DNA from: Chara braunii
Taxonomy: Eukaryota; Plantae; Charophyceae
NCBI GenBank assembly: GCA_003427395.1
Contig: BFEA01000039.1
Coordinates: forward strand, 825,293-889,292
DNA: 64,000 nucleotides
Direction of reading: 5' to 3'
A model generated the notes under the pieces. It did no database searches. It had not been told where the DNA came from and saw only the letters and a program-made list of their open reading frames with translations. Shown here piece after piece: positions 27,171 through 38,467 of this stretch (position 1 is its first letter; each line of letters begins with the position of its first letter). A program made the position numbers and the translations under genes.

Positions 27171-27384
27171 CCTGTCCCCTGCTGCGGCCTTTTGCTCTAC
27201 CTCCGCTTCGAGGCCGCAAATCGCCGCTCGTCCGCTTGAAGCGTTCGATGCTTCTGTCGTTAATGCTGGACCCCCGAACGACGTGTTTGCAGACTAGACA
27301 ACCCCAACTGGTAAACGGTCGCGCGCGCCGACACCTCCTGCTGTTTCGAGGACTATTCTGCCATCACAGCTGAGCCCACGGTCT

Positions 27385-28280
27385 TTGCCATTCTCTATCT
27401 ATCCATCTGTCCATGAACAGCCGCAGCTTAAAAAACGTTCGTGCCTTCTCCCTTCCTATCTGGGGCCTCGAATTGCCATTTCTTCAAGCGAAACCTCCAA
27501 TTCCTCTCTCACTGGTGACAGACTCTCGAACGATGCCCTCGTCGAGCAGACAGCCTCGGTGCCTGAGCGGTCGCGCGCGCCGATGCACGCTGGCGACGTT
27601 GCTGCTTCGACAACCGTTCCACCATTGCAACTCGACCCGCGACCTATGCTATTCTCTGTTTGTCCATCTGTTCCCGTTGTGTCTTGGACGCCGCCTCACG
27701 GCGAGTCGCAATTTACGGCAGACTGTATATACCGTAACCTCCATGGAACAGCGTGGCTTAGTGACATTCCCATTGGGGACTATATGGACTTGCTGATGGA
27801 CACTTTTCCATCAGTGCTCGCCGTGAACAGTTTTACGTACGCCCACGGGATCGCATGCAATGACTTCTCGTTCGCCGACCAAAACATTGACGCTCGGTGC
27901 CATCCAAGACTCGCCTCTACATTTGCACATCTTTTCCTCCCTCTGCATATGCATGGTAATCATTGGGCACTTGGGTACATTGATATAAAAAACCAGCAAT
28001 TATTCTTCTATGATAGTAGCCTTGGCCACTCCGACGCTGTGTTTTCTCGAAACATGCGCCAGTGGCTGTGTCATCGTTCTGATGCTTTCAATGCCCTTGC
28101 CGCCATATAATGCTTCAACATTCGAGGCCCTGCTCAAACAAACTCATATGATTGTGGTGTTTTTATGCTGGTTATGATTCGACATTTGTTGATCGGGCCT
28201 TCCCACCTGCCTATAAACAATTTCGGCCAACAAGATATACGATTCTATCGATCGTTCATTCACGACGAACTTATAACCAA
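27385..28280 (+). pseudogene. Second Ulp1/C48 SUMO protease, C-terminal to the helicase
   Basis: WLSDIPI, PLHMHGNHW, FYDS, then after a stop/frameshift PAQTNSYDCGVF. Paralogous to 19310-19828. Confidence 0.85.
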
Positions 28281-28438
28281 AGTCCCGAAATCCATAACTC
28301 CACACCCTCATTTGAGTTTTCCCGTTCTCCCACCTTACTGCTACGCTCGGCGGAGAACACGATTTTCGCTAGGCCATTTCTGTTTTTCTTGGCACCTGTT
28401 CAGCGTCCGTTTTCCGACGCTGGTTTTGTGTCCAGATT

Positions 28439-29116
28439 ATGGCTTCTTCCCAAAACGCTGAAGATAATGTGCCTGCGGCGCTCCCGCCGCTTAAACGCGA
28501 TCGACCTTGCTTGCGCGAACAACTACGCATTCAAAATGAAGCCAGGGAGCAGAAACGAGTCAAACGCAACGAAATCATCCACACCAGCATCCTGCAAACG
28601 GAAGAGTATATAAGAGAAGAGGCCGCACAAAGAGAAGAGGCTACACAAACTTGTAAGCCAAAGGTGCCAGCAGAGATCGTCGAAAAAGGATACTTTGTGC
28701 ACCATCTTTGAAGGTGGGCGGGTGAGATGTGCATGCTCGATATCACGCTCGCAGACATGGACCAGGAAGATGCGGTGCAAGCTGCGCATTGGATTCTGTC
28801 AAACACATACGGCGAAACACAGAATGCCATCTTGCAGGTTCTGCGCCGAGGGACTGTCTTCGACTTTAACGAAAGATGCGCATTGCCAGAGGTTGGGATT
28901 GTTCTCACGTTCGGTCACACGACAGGGCACAAGTATTTCGGCAAACAGTTCATACCGTGTTTCAACACGGACATGCGCACCATGCACCCGCAGCCCCTGA
29001 TTCTTGCGGAGGCAGACAGGCCCAGTGCAGCGTCGACTTCTGCCGAAACGCATACGCCCCCGGGCCCTCCGAACGCAGGGCGCTCAAGCAAACCGCATGG
29101 ATCCGGCAACCTGTGA
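28439..29116 (+). pseudogene. Orphan ORF (~225 aa, one in-frame TGA at 28709-28711)
   Basis: ORFs 28439-28711 and 28727-29116 share a frame, start at ATG and have protein-like composition. No family recognised. Confidence 0.45.
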
Positions 29117-29810
29117 CAAGCTCCAATGAGGTGAGACGCAGACACGTTCAACCGCATCGTTCTCACGCTTAGTACTGTTTACTTCCATGCCAACCAGCAC
29201 GACCACGGCGCCCGCGGGGTGCATGCCACTGACCCGCTGGACACAGCGCCCTGGCCCCCCTCCCCCACGCTGCGGGCAGAATTGTACCGCCTGATGCTGG
29301 TTTCGGTGGCTGGCTGTTGGAACGAATCCTCTGCCACGCTCCCTGCATTCTCCCGAGTTCAGACCCCGGCCGGGCACCCTCGTCGCCCTCCTCTTTTCTC
29401 ATCCTCGACCATTATTCTTAGCTTTGTTGTCATTGCTGTGCCTAAACCGAAAGGTGCCCCGAACGCAACTTTCTTATGGTCATTTTTTCGTTTTTTTTAT
29501 TCATTTTGCTCCTTCTGGAAATTTCAACTCGGCTTTCTTGCTTTGGGAAACTCGACCGTTTCCTCAACTCAGGTCTCGCATAGGATGGACGACTCGCCGT
29601 CTCTTCTTTGTTTTTTTTTTGAGATTTCATTATTTCCGTTGTTCCTATTTCATAGCAACCAAGCCGCTATGTGAAGACTGAAAATTGTTTGCAGTATAAC
29701 TACGTCGACCATGTGTCCAATTTGGCGGGCGGCGGAGAGCCTATTCGATGTGCATTTCCTGACAATAAATGTTCTGTTTTGCTTGTCATTGTGGTGTTGC
29801 AGACACCACG

Positions 29811-30227
29811 ATGGAAAACATCCCAGTACTGCAGGCGCTTGACGCGGCGCTTCAACAGCAACCTCCTCTGCATCATGTCACGCATACTACTCTGTCGGAA
29901 CTCGAGGACTACATTCGCTACCAATCTGTTCACTATACCAGTGCTGTTCAGGAATGCGGTCTACTGGTGTACCATGCTGTTCACTGTCGCCGACCTAAAC
30001 GTATTATACGTGTATATTTTCTGGGTGTCGATGAACAGCAAGCTGTTGGCCGCGTACATGGAGCATTCTCGACAGGCACATGCCGTGTGCAGCATGCCAT
30101 AATGCCCGTGCGAGTCGGGCCATGGTCTACGGCTGCAGGTCGCGGGACGCGATGCCCACCATTGGTTCTTGCATCACGTTTCGCCGTACGACGGACCACT
30201 GTTATGCATGCAACCCGACAATGCTAA
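29811..30227 (+). CDS. Orphan ORF/exon (MENIPVLQALDAAL...)
   Basis: ATG just after a ttgcag acceptor; protein-like composition; no family recognised. Confidence 0.35.
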   Translation: MENIPVLQALDAALQQQPPLHHVTHTTLSELEDYIRYQSVHYTSAVQECGLLVYHAVHCRRPKRIIRVYFLGVDEQQAVGRVHGAFSTGTCRVQHAIMPVRVGPWSTAAGRGTRCPPLVLASRFAVRRTTVMHATRQC

Positions 30228-30430
30228 CCTTCAATACAAATGTTCAGCACATGGTTGTTACACCTCCAGTCGTTTGTGCAGCGGCGATGCCAAATGACCG
30301 GCCTCCAAGTCCTCGTCAGATCTATGCTCCTGCAGTCCATGATTTCGACCGCCGCTTGCTTCGCCGCATGTCGTCCGCCTTTCAAGAAACCGCTGCTGGT
30401 GTTCAGGCTCTTGAGAGATCAATGCCTCCA

Positions 30431-30875
30431 TCGTTCCGCTTGTCGTTTTCCTATGTACAATAGCTATGCTTTTCTGCTATGCCGTGTGTTTTGCTGTTTT
30501 TGCCTCAGTCTTGCGGATGATCGTCGACCAACATTCTTTTGAACTCTTCTGTGTAAAATAGCTACACTTTTCTACCGTGCTATATGATCTGCTCTTTTTA
30601 CCGCGGTTTTGCGCCGCTGTACAAACCTTGCCCGCGTGAGAAAATTGATACCGATTCCAGCTAGCGTGGTTGTTTGTTTTTGCTTTTCGTTTTGCTGTTT
30701 CATCCCGTTCCCGGATTTGTATACACATTGTCTACAATTCGCTACGGTTCGGGCCCGCAGTGGAGCGACCGTAGACACAATGGAGCTTTAAGACGGGCCC
30801 CTTGGTTCAGCCGTCGTTTTTTGAGCGGTTTCATATGACAAACATTGTCAAACTGATTCCGCCTTTCTTTTCTGT
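30431..30875 (+). repeat. Diverged direct repeat of ~32062-32475 (third partial copy ~31181-31330)
   Basis: Shared tcgttccgcttgtcgtttt..ctatgtacaatagctatgc...ggcccgc.gtggag.gacc...cctttcttttct. Confidence 0.85.
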
Positions 30876-32461
30876 ACAAATGTTCAACACTTGGTTGTTA
30901 CACCTGCGGTCGTTTGCGCAGCGGCGCCGCCGAATGACCAACCTTTAAGTCCTCGTCAGCTCGCATCCCTATAAACGTTTTTCTGCCATGGCGTGTGATT
31001 TGTCCTTGTTGCTTTCGTTTCCCTATTTCGCTGCGTCCCCGAAGCAGCATACGCAGAACATTTTGTTTAGCGCTTGCGCTTTTTGTATGAGGAAGCTACT
31101 GTAGATTGCTTGTTTGTTTTCGTTTTGCCTTTGCGCTTAGACATTCGTGCAGGTTTTAGGATGTTCATCCGTGGAGCGGCGTAATGGAGTTTTCAAACAA
31201 ACCCTCCGTTCCAGTCGTCATTTCTCCATGCACAATAGTTGTGCCTTTCAACTGTGCCGCGTGTGCTTCTGGCGGCCCTGTATTCTTTTAGACTCGTCCA
31301 TGTCAAATAGCTACACTTTCTGCTCTATCGTATGCTGCGCTCTTTTTGCCACGCTCCTGCGTTGCTGCATGTTGTGCTTCCGTTTTGCTGCTACCTAATT
31401 TGCTGCCAAGTCATCTTAGGCCACATCATCTGCTGCCAATCCGTTTGCTACCAAACCATTTTCTACCGAACCATTTGCTACTACGTCATCATCTGCTGCC
31501 TCATCAGCTGCTGTCACAGCATCTGCTGCCAAGAGGGTGTCTGCTGCCAAATCGTTCACAACTGCCACATCTTCTACTGGTTTCTCAAATGCAGGGGTGA
31601 CTCCCTCTTCCAACAAACGAAAGGATGTTAGTGGTGGACAGTCTGAGTCAACGAAGAGGGCAACGGCGATCTCAATGAATGCAAAGGCGGGAAAGAAGAA
31701 GTCTGGGACGAAAATCGGGGGGCGGGCATTGGCTTTTGCAAGTCCGTCTCTCGTCTCATCCGAAGGTTACTATCTATGGAAGAAGACGATGAAGGAGGAG
31801 AGAGATGTTGTGATGGCACGTGTACAAGACGTTGGTCCACGACGATCATGATGAGGCCGGCGCATCAAGAAAGAGGCCGGAGAACAGCATCAGCGTGCCA
31901 AAGACATTCGCGCTACTGGTGCTAAATACAGCCACTACGCTTGTTTGTTTTCGCTTTCCCTTTTGCTGTTCCGGGTTGGCACAAACACCGTTTGCAATTT
32001 ACTATGGCCTGAACTCACAGCAAAATGATTATAGACACAATGGAGTTTTCAGTCAGACTCTTCGTTCCGCTTGTCGTTTTTCTATGTACAATAGCTATGC
32101 TTTTCTACTGTGCCGTGTATTTTGCTGTTTTTGCCTCGGTCTTGCGCCGCTGTAGACCGCATCCTTGTTGGATGATCGTAGCCATGCGTTCTTTTAGACT
32201 CATCTGTGTAAAATAGTTACAATTTTCTACCGTGTTGTATGATTTGCTTTTTTTGCCGCGGTCTTGCGCCGCTGTACAAACCCTGTCCACGTGAGAAAAC
32301 TGATACCGATTGCGGCTAACGCGGTTGTTTGTTTTTGCTTTTCCTTTTGCTGTTCCGGCCCGCTCCCAGATTTGCATACACACTGTCTACAATTTGTTAC
32401 GGTCCAGGCCCGCGGTGGAGTGACCATAAAGTGGTTTCTTACGACAAACAAATTGCTTCCA

Positions 32462-33295
32462 CCTTTCTTTTCTATTTCTGCAGTTCTCGATTTCGCAATA
32501 AGTGATCTGCTTGGTCAATCTACTCCCGTCAGTCGTGTGTTCTTTTTGGGGTTCGCGTCGACACAATGCTTAATCCCGGTCACCATAACGTCCGCAGCAA
32601 TGCAGACCGGATTCGCGCTTTCCTGATGTGAAATGTCACAGCTGTCTATGTTTCTGCCTGTGTATCTGTATGTATGCCTGCCAAACAGATACAAAAAAAT
32701 ACATGTGCGTCCTCGTGTGTACATATGTATATCTCCTTCCCTCTCTCTCTCTGTTTCTCTCTTTATTGCTTTATATGTATATATGTCTATGTGTATACGC
32801 GTGTGTATGTAAAAGAAAAAAATGAAGAAGAGCAAAGAGAAGGGACATCTTCTCTTTGCTCTTCTCAAGGTGTCATTACCCAGTGGAGGAAAAAGTGGAT
32901 AATGTTAATTCGTGGAAAGATTGGAGAAGGCTGCTAAGGAGAGCCATCAACATTTAACTGTTGTCCTCTTTTTCTCTTGTTGTTTGCTTTCTGTGTTGCT
33001 AATGAATGAGGAGGATCTAGTTGCAAAGTTTTTTCCTTTATTGATGTGTTTGTTGGAATCTCTTCTTTCTCATCCGAATTTAGCTGCAATGCAGATCACA
33101 TATCAAAGCAAGCCTTGGTCTGAATGTGCCCTAGTTCTGTCTAACATCTTGTACGCAATGTAAGCAATAAGTCAAGGACAGCCATCGTCCGTTACAATGC
33201 CGTTCTACAATATAACCATGTGACAAACCACGCAGCCGACCAACCCAATCCAACCCAACCCATGGCCCTGATTGCTAGTCACAATGTCACACATA
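32462..33295 (+). repeat. ~850-bp direct repeat of 37041-37891 (partial third copy ~36105-36330)
   Basis: High nucleotide identity and near-identical ORF translations (e.g. MERLEKAAK...). Confidence 0.9.
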
Positions 33296-33867
33296 GTGTT
33301 TTTTTTTCGTTTTTTCACACTTGAAATTGTTGATGAACGTGGCATGGTTATGACACCTAATGCATCCTCAACAAGATGACAGCAGCTTGTGATCACACTC
33401 ACCATCAAATCTTGTACTCCGCCGAGCCTTGGTACCCAACTCAATCATGCGTGTGTCAGTGTGACAATGTGCCAATGTGACAGTGACAGCGACTGAGTGT
33501 GTGACAATGTGTGAAAGTGTGTGGCAGTGTTTGACAGTGTGGGACTAATCATGAAATTGCATGTATTCCATGAGCTCTGTTACAACCCCGTGGCAGCTTA
33601 TCCGTGTCCTCTCGACCAGCATGACCATGATCTCCTCCTCGTGTAATATGCGTGTTCCTCTTCGCCTTCCCCACCTGCTCTCCTTCCCCCTCTCCTCCTC
33701 TCATCTTCTTCACTTGTGCTCACAGTCAGGCAGTATGCCCCGGTTGTGTCCCAACTTGCATAGATCCACCATCATTTTGCTCTGCTCACCTGGTATTTTG
33801 ACCTCATTCTTCTGAGTGCTGACAGAAATTACGGTGTGTGGAAAGTGATCATAATGAAGATAAACTC

Positions 33868-34019
33868 AGGGCAAATTCACCATGGCAACTGCGGACCCAA
33901 ACACTGGACACTCCAGGACTATCTTTTGGACTAGTGTCTGGACCGGTTCGGACTGTCCGGTGATCCGGACATCATCGGACACCCGGATAACACCTTACCC
34001 GGACAGTCCGGACCGGTGG
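33868..34019. mobile_element. Probable DNA-transposon end with GGACAGTCC/CCGGAC subterminal repeats, truncated by a gap
   Basis: Clustered ggacc/ccggac motifs in both orientations after gggcaaatt. The partner end is not visible. Confidence 0.35.
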
Positions 34020-35104
34020 NNNNNNNNNNNNNNNNNNNNNNNNNNNNNNNNNNNNNNNNNNNNNNNNNNNNNNNNNNNNNNNNNNNNNNNNNNNNNNNNN
34101 NNNNNNNNNNNNNNNNNNNNNNNNNNNNNNNNNNNNNNNNNNNNNNNNNNNNNNNNNNNNNNNNNNNNNNNNNNNNNNNNNNNNNNNNNNNNNNNNNNNN
34201 NNNNNNNNNNNNNNNNNNNNNNNNNNNNNNNNNNNNNNNNNNNNNNNNNNNNNNNNNNNNNNNNNNNNNNNNNNNNNNNNNNNNNNNNNNNNNNNNNNNN
34301 NNNNNNNNNNNNNNNNNNNNNNNNNNNNNNNNNNNNNNNNNNNNNNNNNNNNNNNNNNNNNNNNNNNNNNNNNNNNNNNNNNNNNNNNNNNNNNNNNNNN
34401 NNNNNNNNNNNNNNNNNNNNNNNNNNNNNNNNNNNNNNNNNNNNNNNNNNNNNNNNNNNNNNNNNNNNNNNNNNNNNNNNNNNNNNNNNNNNNNNNNNNN
34501 NNNNNNNNNNNNNNNNNNNNNNNNNNNNNNNNNNNNNNNNNNNNNNNNNNNNNNNNNNNNNNNNNNNNNNNNNNNNNNNNNNNNNNNNNNNNNNNNNNNN
34601 NNNNNNNNNNNNNNNNNNNNNNNNNNNNNNNNNNNNNNNNNNNNNNNNNNNNNNNNNNNNNNNNNNNNNNNNNNNNNNNNNNNNNNNNNNNNNNNNNNNN
34701 NNNNNNNNNNNNNNNNNNNNNNNNNNNNNNNNNNNNNNNNNNNNNNNNNNNNNNNNNNNNNNNNNNNNNNNNNNNNNNNNNNNNNNNNNNNNNNNNNNNN
34801 NNNNNNNNNNNNNNNNNNNNNNNNNNNNNNNNNNNNNNNNNNNNNNNTATTATGTCCTTCTGCATGCACGTTGTAAATTTCGTCATCCTACTCTGAGTGG
34901 TCAAGCAAGGCCGAAATGCAGAAAGGCAGAATGTTTGGAAAAAAAAAAAAAAAAGGTCAGGACAAAACTGTGAGGTGACAAGGACAGAACCCTCTGCACC
35001 TGTGAGACGAGGCAAACAAATACTTGGACATTATTCAAGGCATTCTACACAGCAGTTCTTGAACCCTAAACCTGACAGAAAGGATAAGACTAACTACTGT
35101 GTGA

Positions 35105-35220
<116 letters not shown>

Positions 35221-35609
35221 TGGATGGGGGAAGCAAAGCACTGTTCTTCCCTCCATAAGGGTGCAGGCGTCAGTGGACATTGTACTGTGTCAATGTCTTA
35301 GTGACATGAGCGAAATTGCATCCATGATTTTCACATGTCTAGTTCTGTGAACCCTGCTGCGTTGGTCATGTAACTTCTGTTGCTCCACAATCTGGACCAG
35401 AAATGTACTTCAAAGTCTTACCTAAAGTCTTTGATGAAGCACTCTTGTCTATGTATCAATGTATCATACATAAATTACTCTTCTCGGGGTTGAGCCCATC
35501 CCCTCGGGGACCTTTCTCACTGGGACGCTAAGTTGCAAAAGTAATCTTCTCCTTTTTTTTTTCCTTTTGTAATGGCCCCCAAGTAATTGTCCTAAGATAT
35601 CCCGACCTA

Positions 35610-35680
35610 CCATCCCCTCAAGGTTTAGCCTATCCCCTCAGGGTTGAGCCCATCCCCTCAGGGTTGAACCTAATCCCTAG
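35610..35680 (+). repeat. 20-bp minisatellite gggttgagcccatcccctca (extra unit at ~35487)
   Basis: About 3.5 tandem degenerate units. Confidence 0.8.
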
Positions 35681-38345
35681 TGATGGATTGGAGGGACGAA
35701 GGCATGCAGAAGCCGCTACCAACACCAACCAGGGAGACCAAGCCATCTATCTCAGCTGATGAACGCAAAGTGTGCTGCTACTTCAGATTTTTAGTGACAT
35801 AAGCGAAAAATGCATTCCTGCTCGCATGTCTAGTTCTTCTTCAGAAGCCCCTTCCAAGACCAACCAGGGGCCATTACTTAAGGGATCTTCTTCTTCTGCC
35901 GCCGCTGCCGCTGCAATTTTTTTTTTTTTTTTTTTTTTTCTTCTTCTTCTTGTCGCTGTTGCGTTTGCTTCTTCCGCATCCGGTTCAGCATAGCTAAGGT
36001 TGGAAAGGAGCTGAAAAATGTATTGAAGGCCTCTGCTGCCATTGCCAATAGTTTTTCGAGTTCCGTATATTTTGGGTCTAATCGTCACTGAGACTGGGGC
36101 TTTCGCACATCTGTCCATGTTTATGCCTGCGTATATATATGTTTGCCTGTCAAACAGATGCAGAAAAATGCATATGCATCTGCATATGTGCATGTGTGTC
36201 TCTCCCTCCCTTTCTCTCTTTGTTTCTCTCTTCATTGCTTTATATATATATATATATATGTCTACGTGTATACGCATGTGTATGTAAAAGAGGAAAATGA
36301 AGAAACGCAAAGAGGAGGGACACCTAGATGTAGCTGCCCGTTTAGGTCTAATCGTCACTGGGGCTGGGGCTTTCGCTTGCAGACAGCAGAGCGTGTGCTG
36401 CTTTCCTTCAAAAGAACATCTGGTGTGACGAATGCTCAGCAAATTATCCTGACAGTCATGTTCAGACATCTCATGGAAGAATGATGCCTGTACAATGATG
36501 TCAGGCAGCATCTCATAGATCCTCACCAATGCAGCCACAGAAGAAACAGGGAGCCAGCACCATCTCGAATTTCCGTAGGTCTAACATTCGAGTCTGGTCA
36601 TTATGGCTTCATACAGACTGAAAGTTGCCCCGAATAAGGCTATGCTCCTCACAATTCACAGAACCGAGAGAAGACCTGCGCGGGCTCGCGTATCAGCGCC
36701 ACCAGTGCGATCATAGGTCGGCGCACGGCCAACATGCATATACGCCAACAGAGTAAGGAACAACAGATAGAGGCTCACCAGATTTGCCACGTGTCCTCCT
36801 CACCTTTGTACCCTCATCTGGAGCTGAAATGTGTTCTCCCGCCCAATGAATGAACTAAAAATACTGACGGCAAGGAAAAATCGTCGCCCCTAATTTTTAT
36901 TATGCCTATTGCCTAAGGCAAGGCATGTGTCGCCGAACGCGCGCATTACACGACACTGAATTTTTAGTAGTAGTCTACGTGGCGGGGATATGCGAAGGTA
37001 CTCGGAAGGCCTCCGACAGATTTGGAATTGCAGGAAGTGGCCTTTCTTTTCTGTTTCTGCAGCTCTCGATTTCGCAATAAGTGATCTGCTTGGTCAATCT
37101 ACTCCCGCCAGTAGTGTGTTCTTTTTGGGGTTCGAGTCGACACAATGCTTAATCCCGGTCACCATGGCGTTCGCAGCAATGCAGACTGGATTCACGCTTT
37201 CCCAATGTGAAATGTCACAATTGTCTATGTTTCTGTCTGTGTATCTGTATGTATGTCTGTCAAACAGATACAAAAAAATACATGTGCGTCCGCGTGTCTA
37301 CATGTGTATATCTCCCTCCCTTTCTCTCTCTGTTTCTCTCTTTATTGCTTTATACGTATATGTCTGTGTGTATACGCGTGTGTATGTAAAAAAGAAAAAT
37401 GGAGAAGAGCAAAAAGAAAGGACATCTAGATGTCCCTTATGTCCCTTCTCTTTGCTCTTCTCCAGGTGTCATTACCCAGTGGAGGGAAAAGTGGATAATG
37501 TTGATCCGTGGAAAGATTGGAGAAGGCTGCTAAGGATAGCTATCAGCATTTAGTTGCTGTCCTCTTTTTCTCTTGTTGCTTGCTTTCTGTGTTGCTAATG
37601 AATGAGGAGGATCTAATTGCAGAGTTTTTTTCCTTATTGATGTGTTTCTTGGAATCTCTTCTTTCTCATCTGAATCTAGCTGCAATGCAGCTCAGATATC
37701 AAAGAAAGCCTTGGTCTGAATGTGCCCTGGTTCTGTCTAACATCTTGTACACAATGTGAGCAATAAGTCAAGGACGGCCATCGTCCGTTGCAATGTCGTT
37801 CTACAATATAACCATGTGACAAACCACGCAGCCAACCAACCCAATCCAACCCAACCCATGGCCCTGATTGCTAATCACAATGTCACACATACGCATATGT
37901 TCCTTTTTCTTCTATTTTTATTCTTGCACATACAAGACAAACAAAATGTTATGCACACTCAATGATCGCCTTTTTTTGGGGGGGGGTGGGAAGCATCTCA
38001 GAAAGTCTATTTGAGCGGGCGGGCTCTAGAACCAAAACAAACAACAGAAATGAAAAAGATAAGGTCCTTTGTGGCTTGTTGAGTTTTTTTTGGGCCCTTT
38101 TGTACTCGTTTATTTTTTGTCAGGGTTACATTCAATCAGCAGAAGGGGTCTGGATTTAGTATTTTCTGTGTATGGATCATACCCCAACTTGTGCACCTAA
38201 GCTGGGTAATGGTCCCATATTTTGTTATTACTCTTTTTTGGGGGGTTGTTTGTCTGTGGAGGGTTTGCCGCCCAGAGCCCCCTCCTTTTTTTTGCATAAT
38301 GATAACAATTTGAAAGAGGAGTTTATCATCAGATTAACACACTAA

Positions 38346-38467
38346 GGGCCTCGCTGCACTACTCTTGAAATGCACAAAAGACAAAAATCATGGTCATGTA
38401 TCTTTCCATGTTCTGGCTGAAAATTCGCTCTCATTTTGAACATTTGATGAGTAGTGTAGCGAGGTCC
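38346..38467. mobile_element. 122-bp PIF/Harbinger (Tourist-like) MITE
   Basis: TIRs gggcctcgctgcactactc / gagtagtgtagcgaggtcc, flanked by TAA target-site duplication (38343-38345 and 38468-38470). Confidence 0.85.

Larger units (their letters stand above)
21050..28280 (+). mobile_element. Helitron2/Helentron-like RepHel-Ulp1 coding region, multiply disrupted; element ends not identified
   Basis: Ordered STPR-like repeats, CxxC, DUF6570-like region, Rep, PIF1 helicase and Ulp1, all on the + strand. Confidence 0.85.

Noticed and set aside
31380-31851. Histone H1-like AAK/ASS-rich frame
   Set aside because: Low-complexity tgctgcca repeats with a stop and no globular domain.
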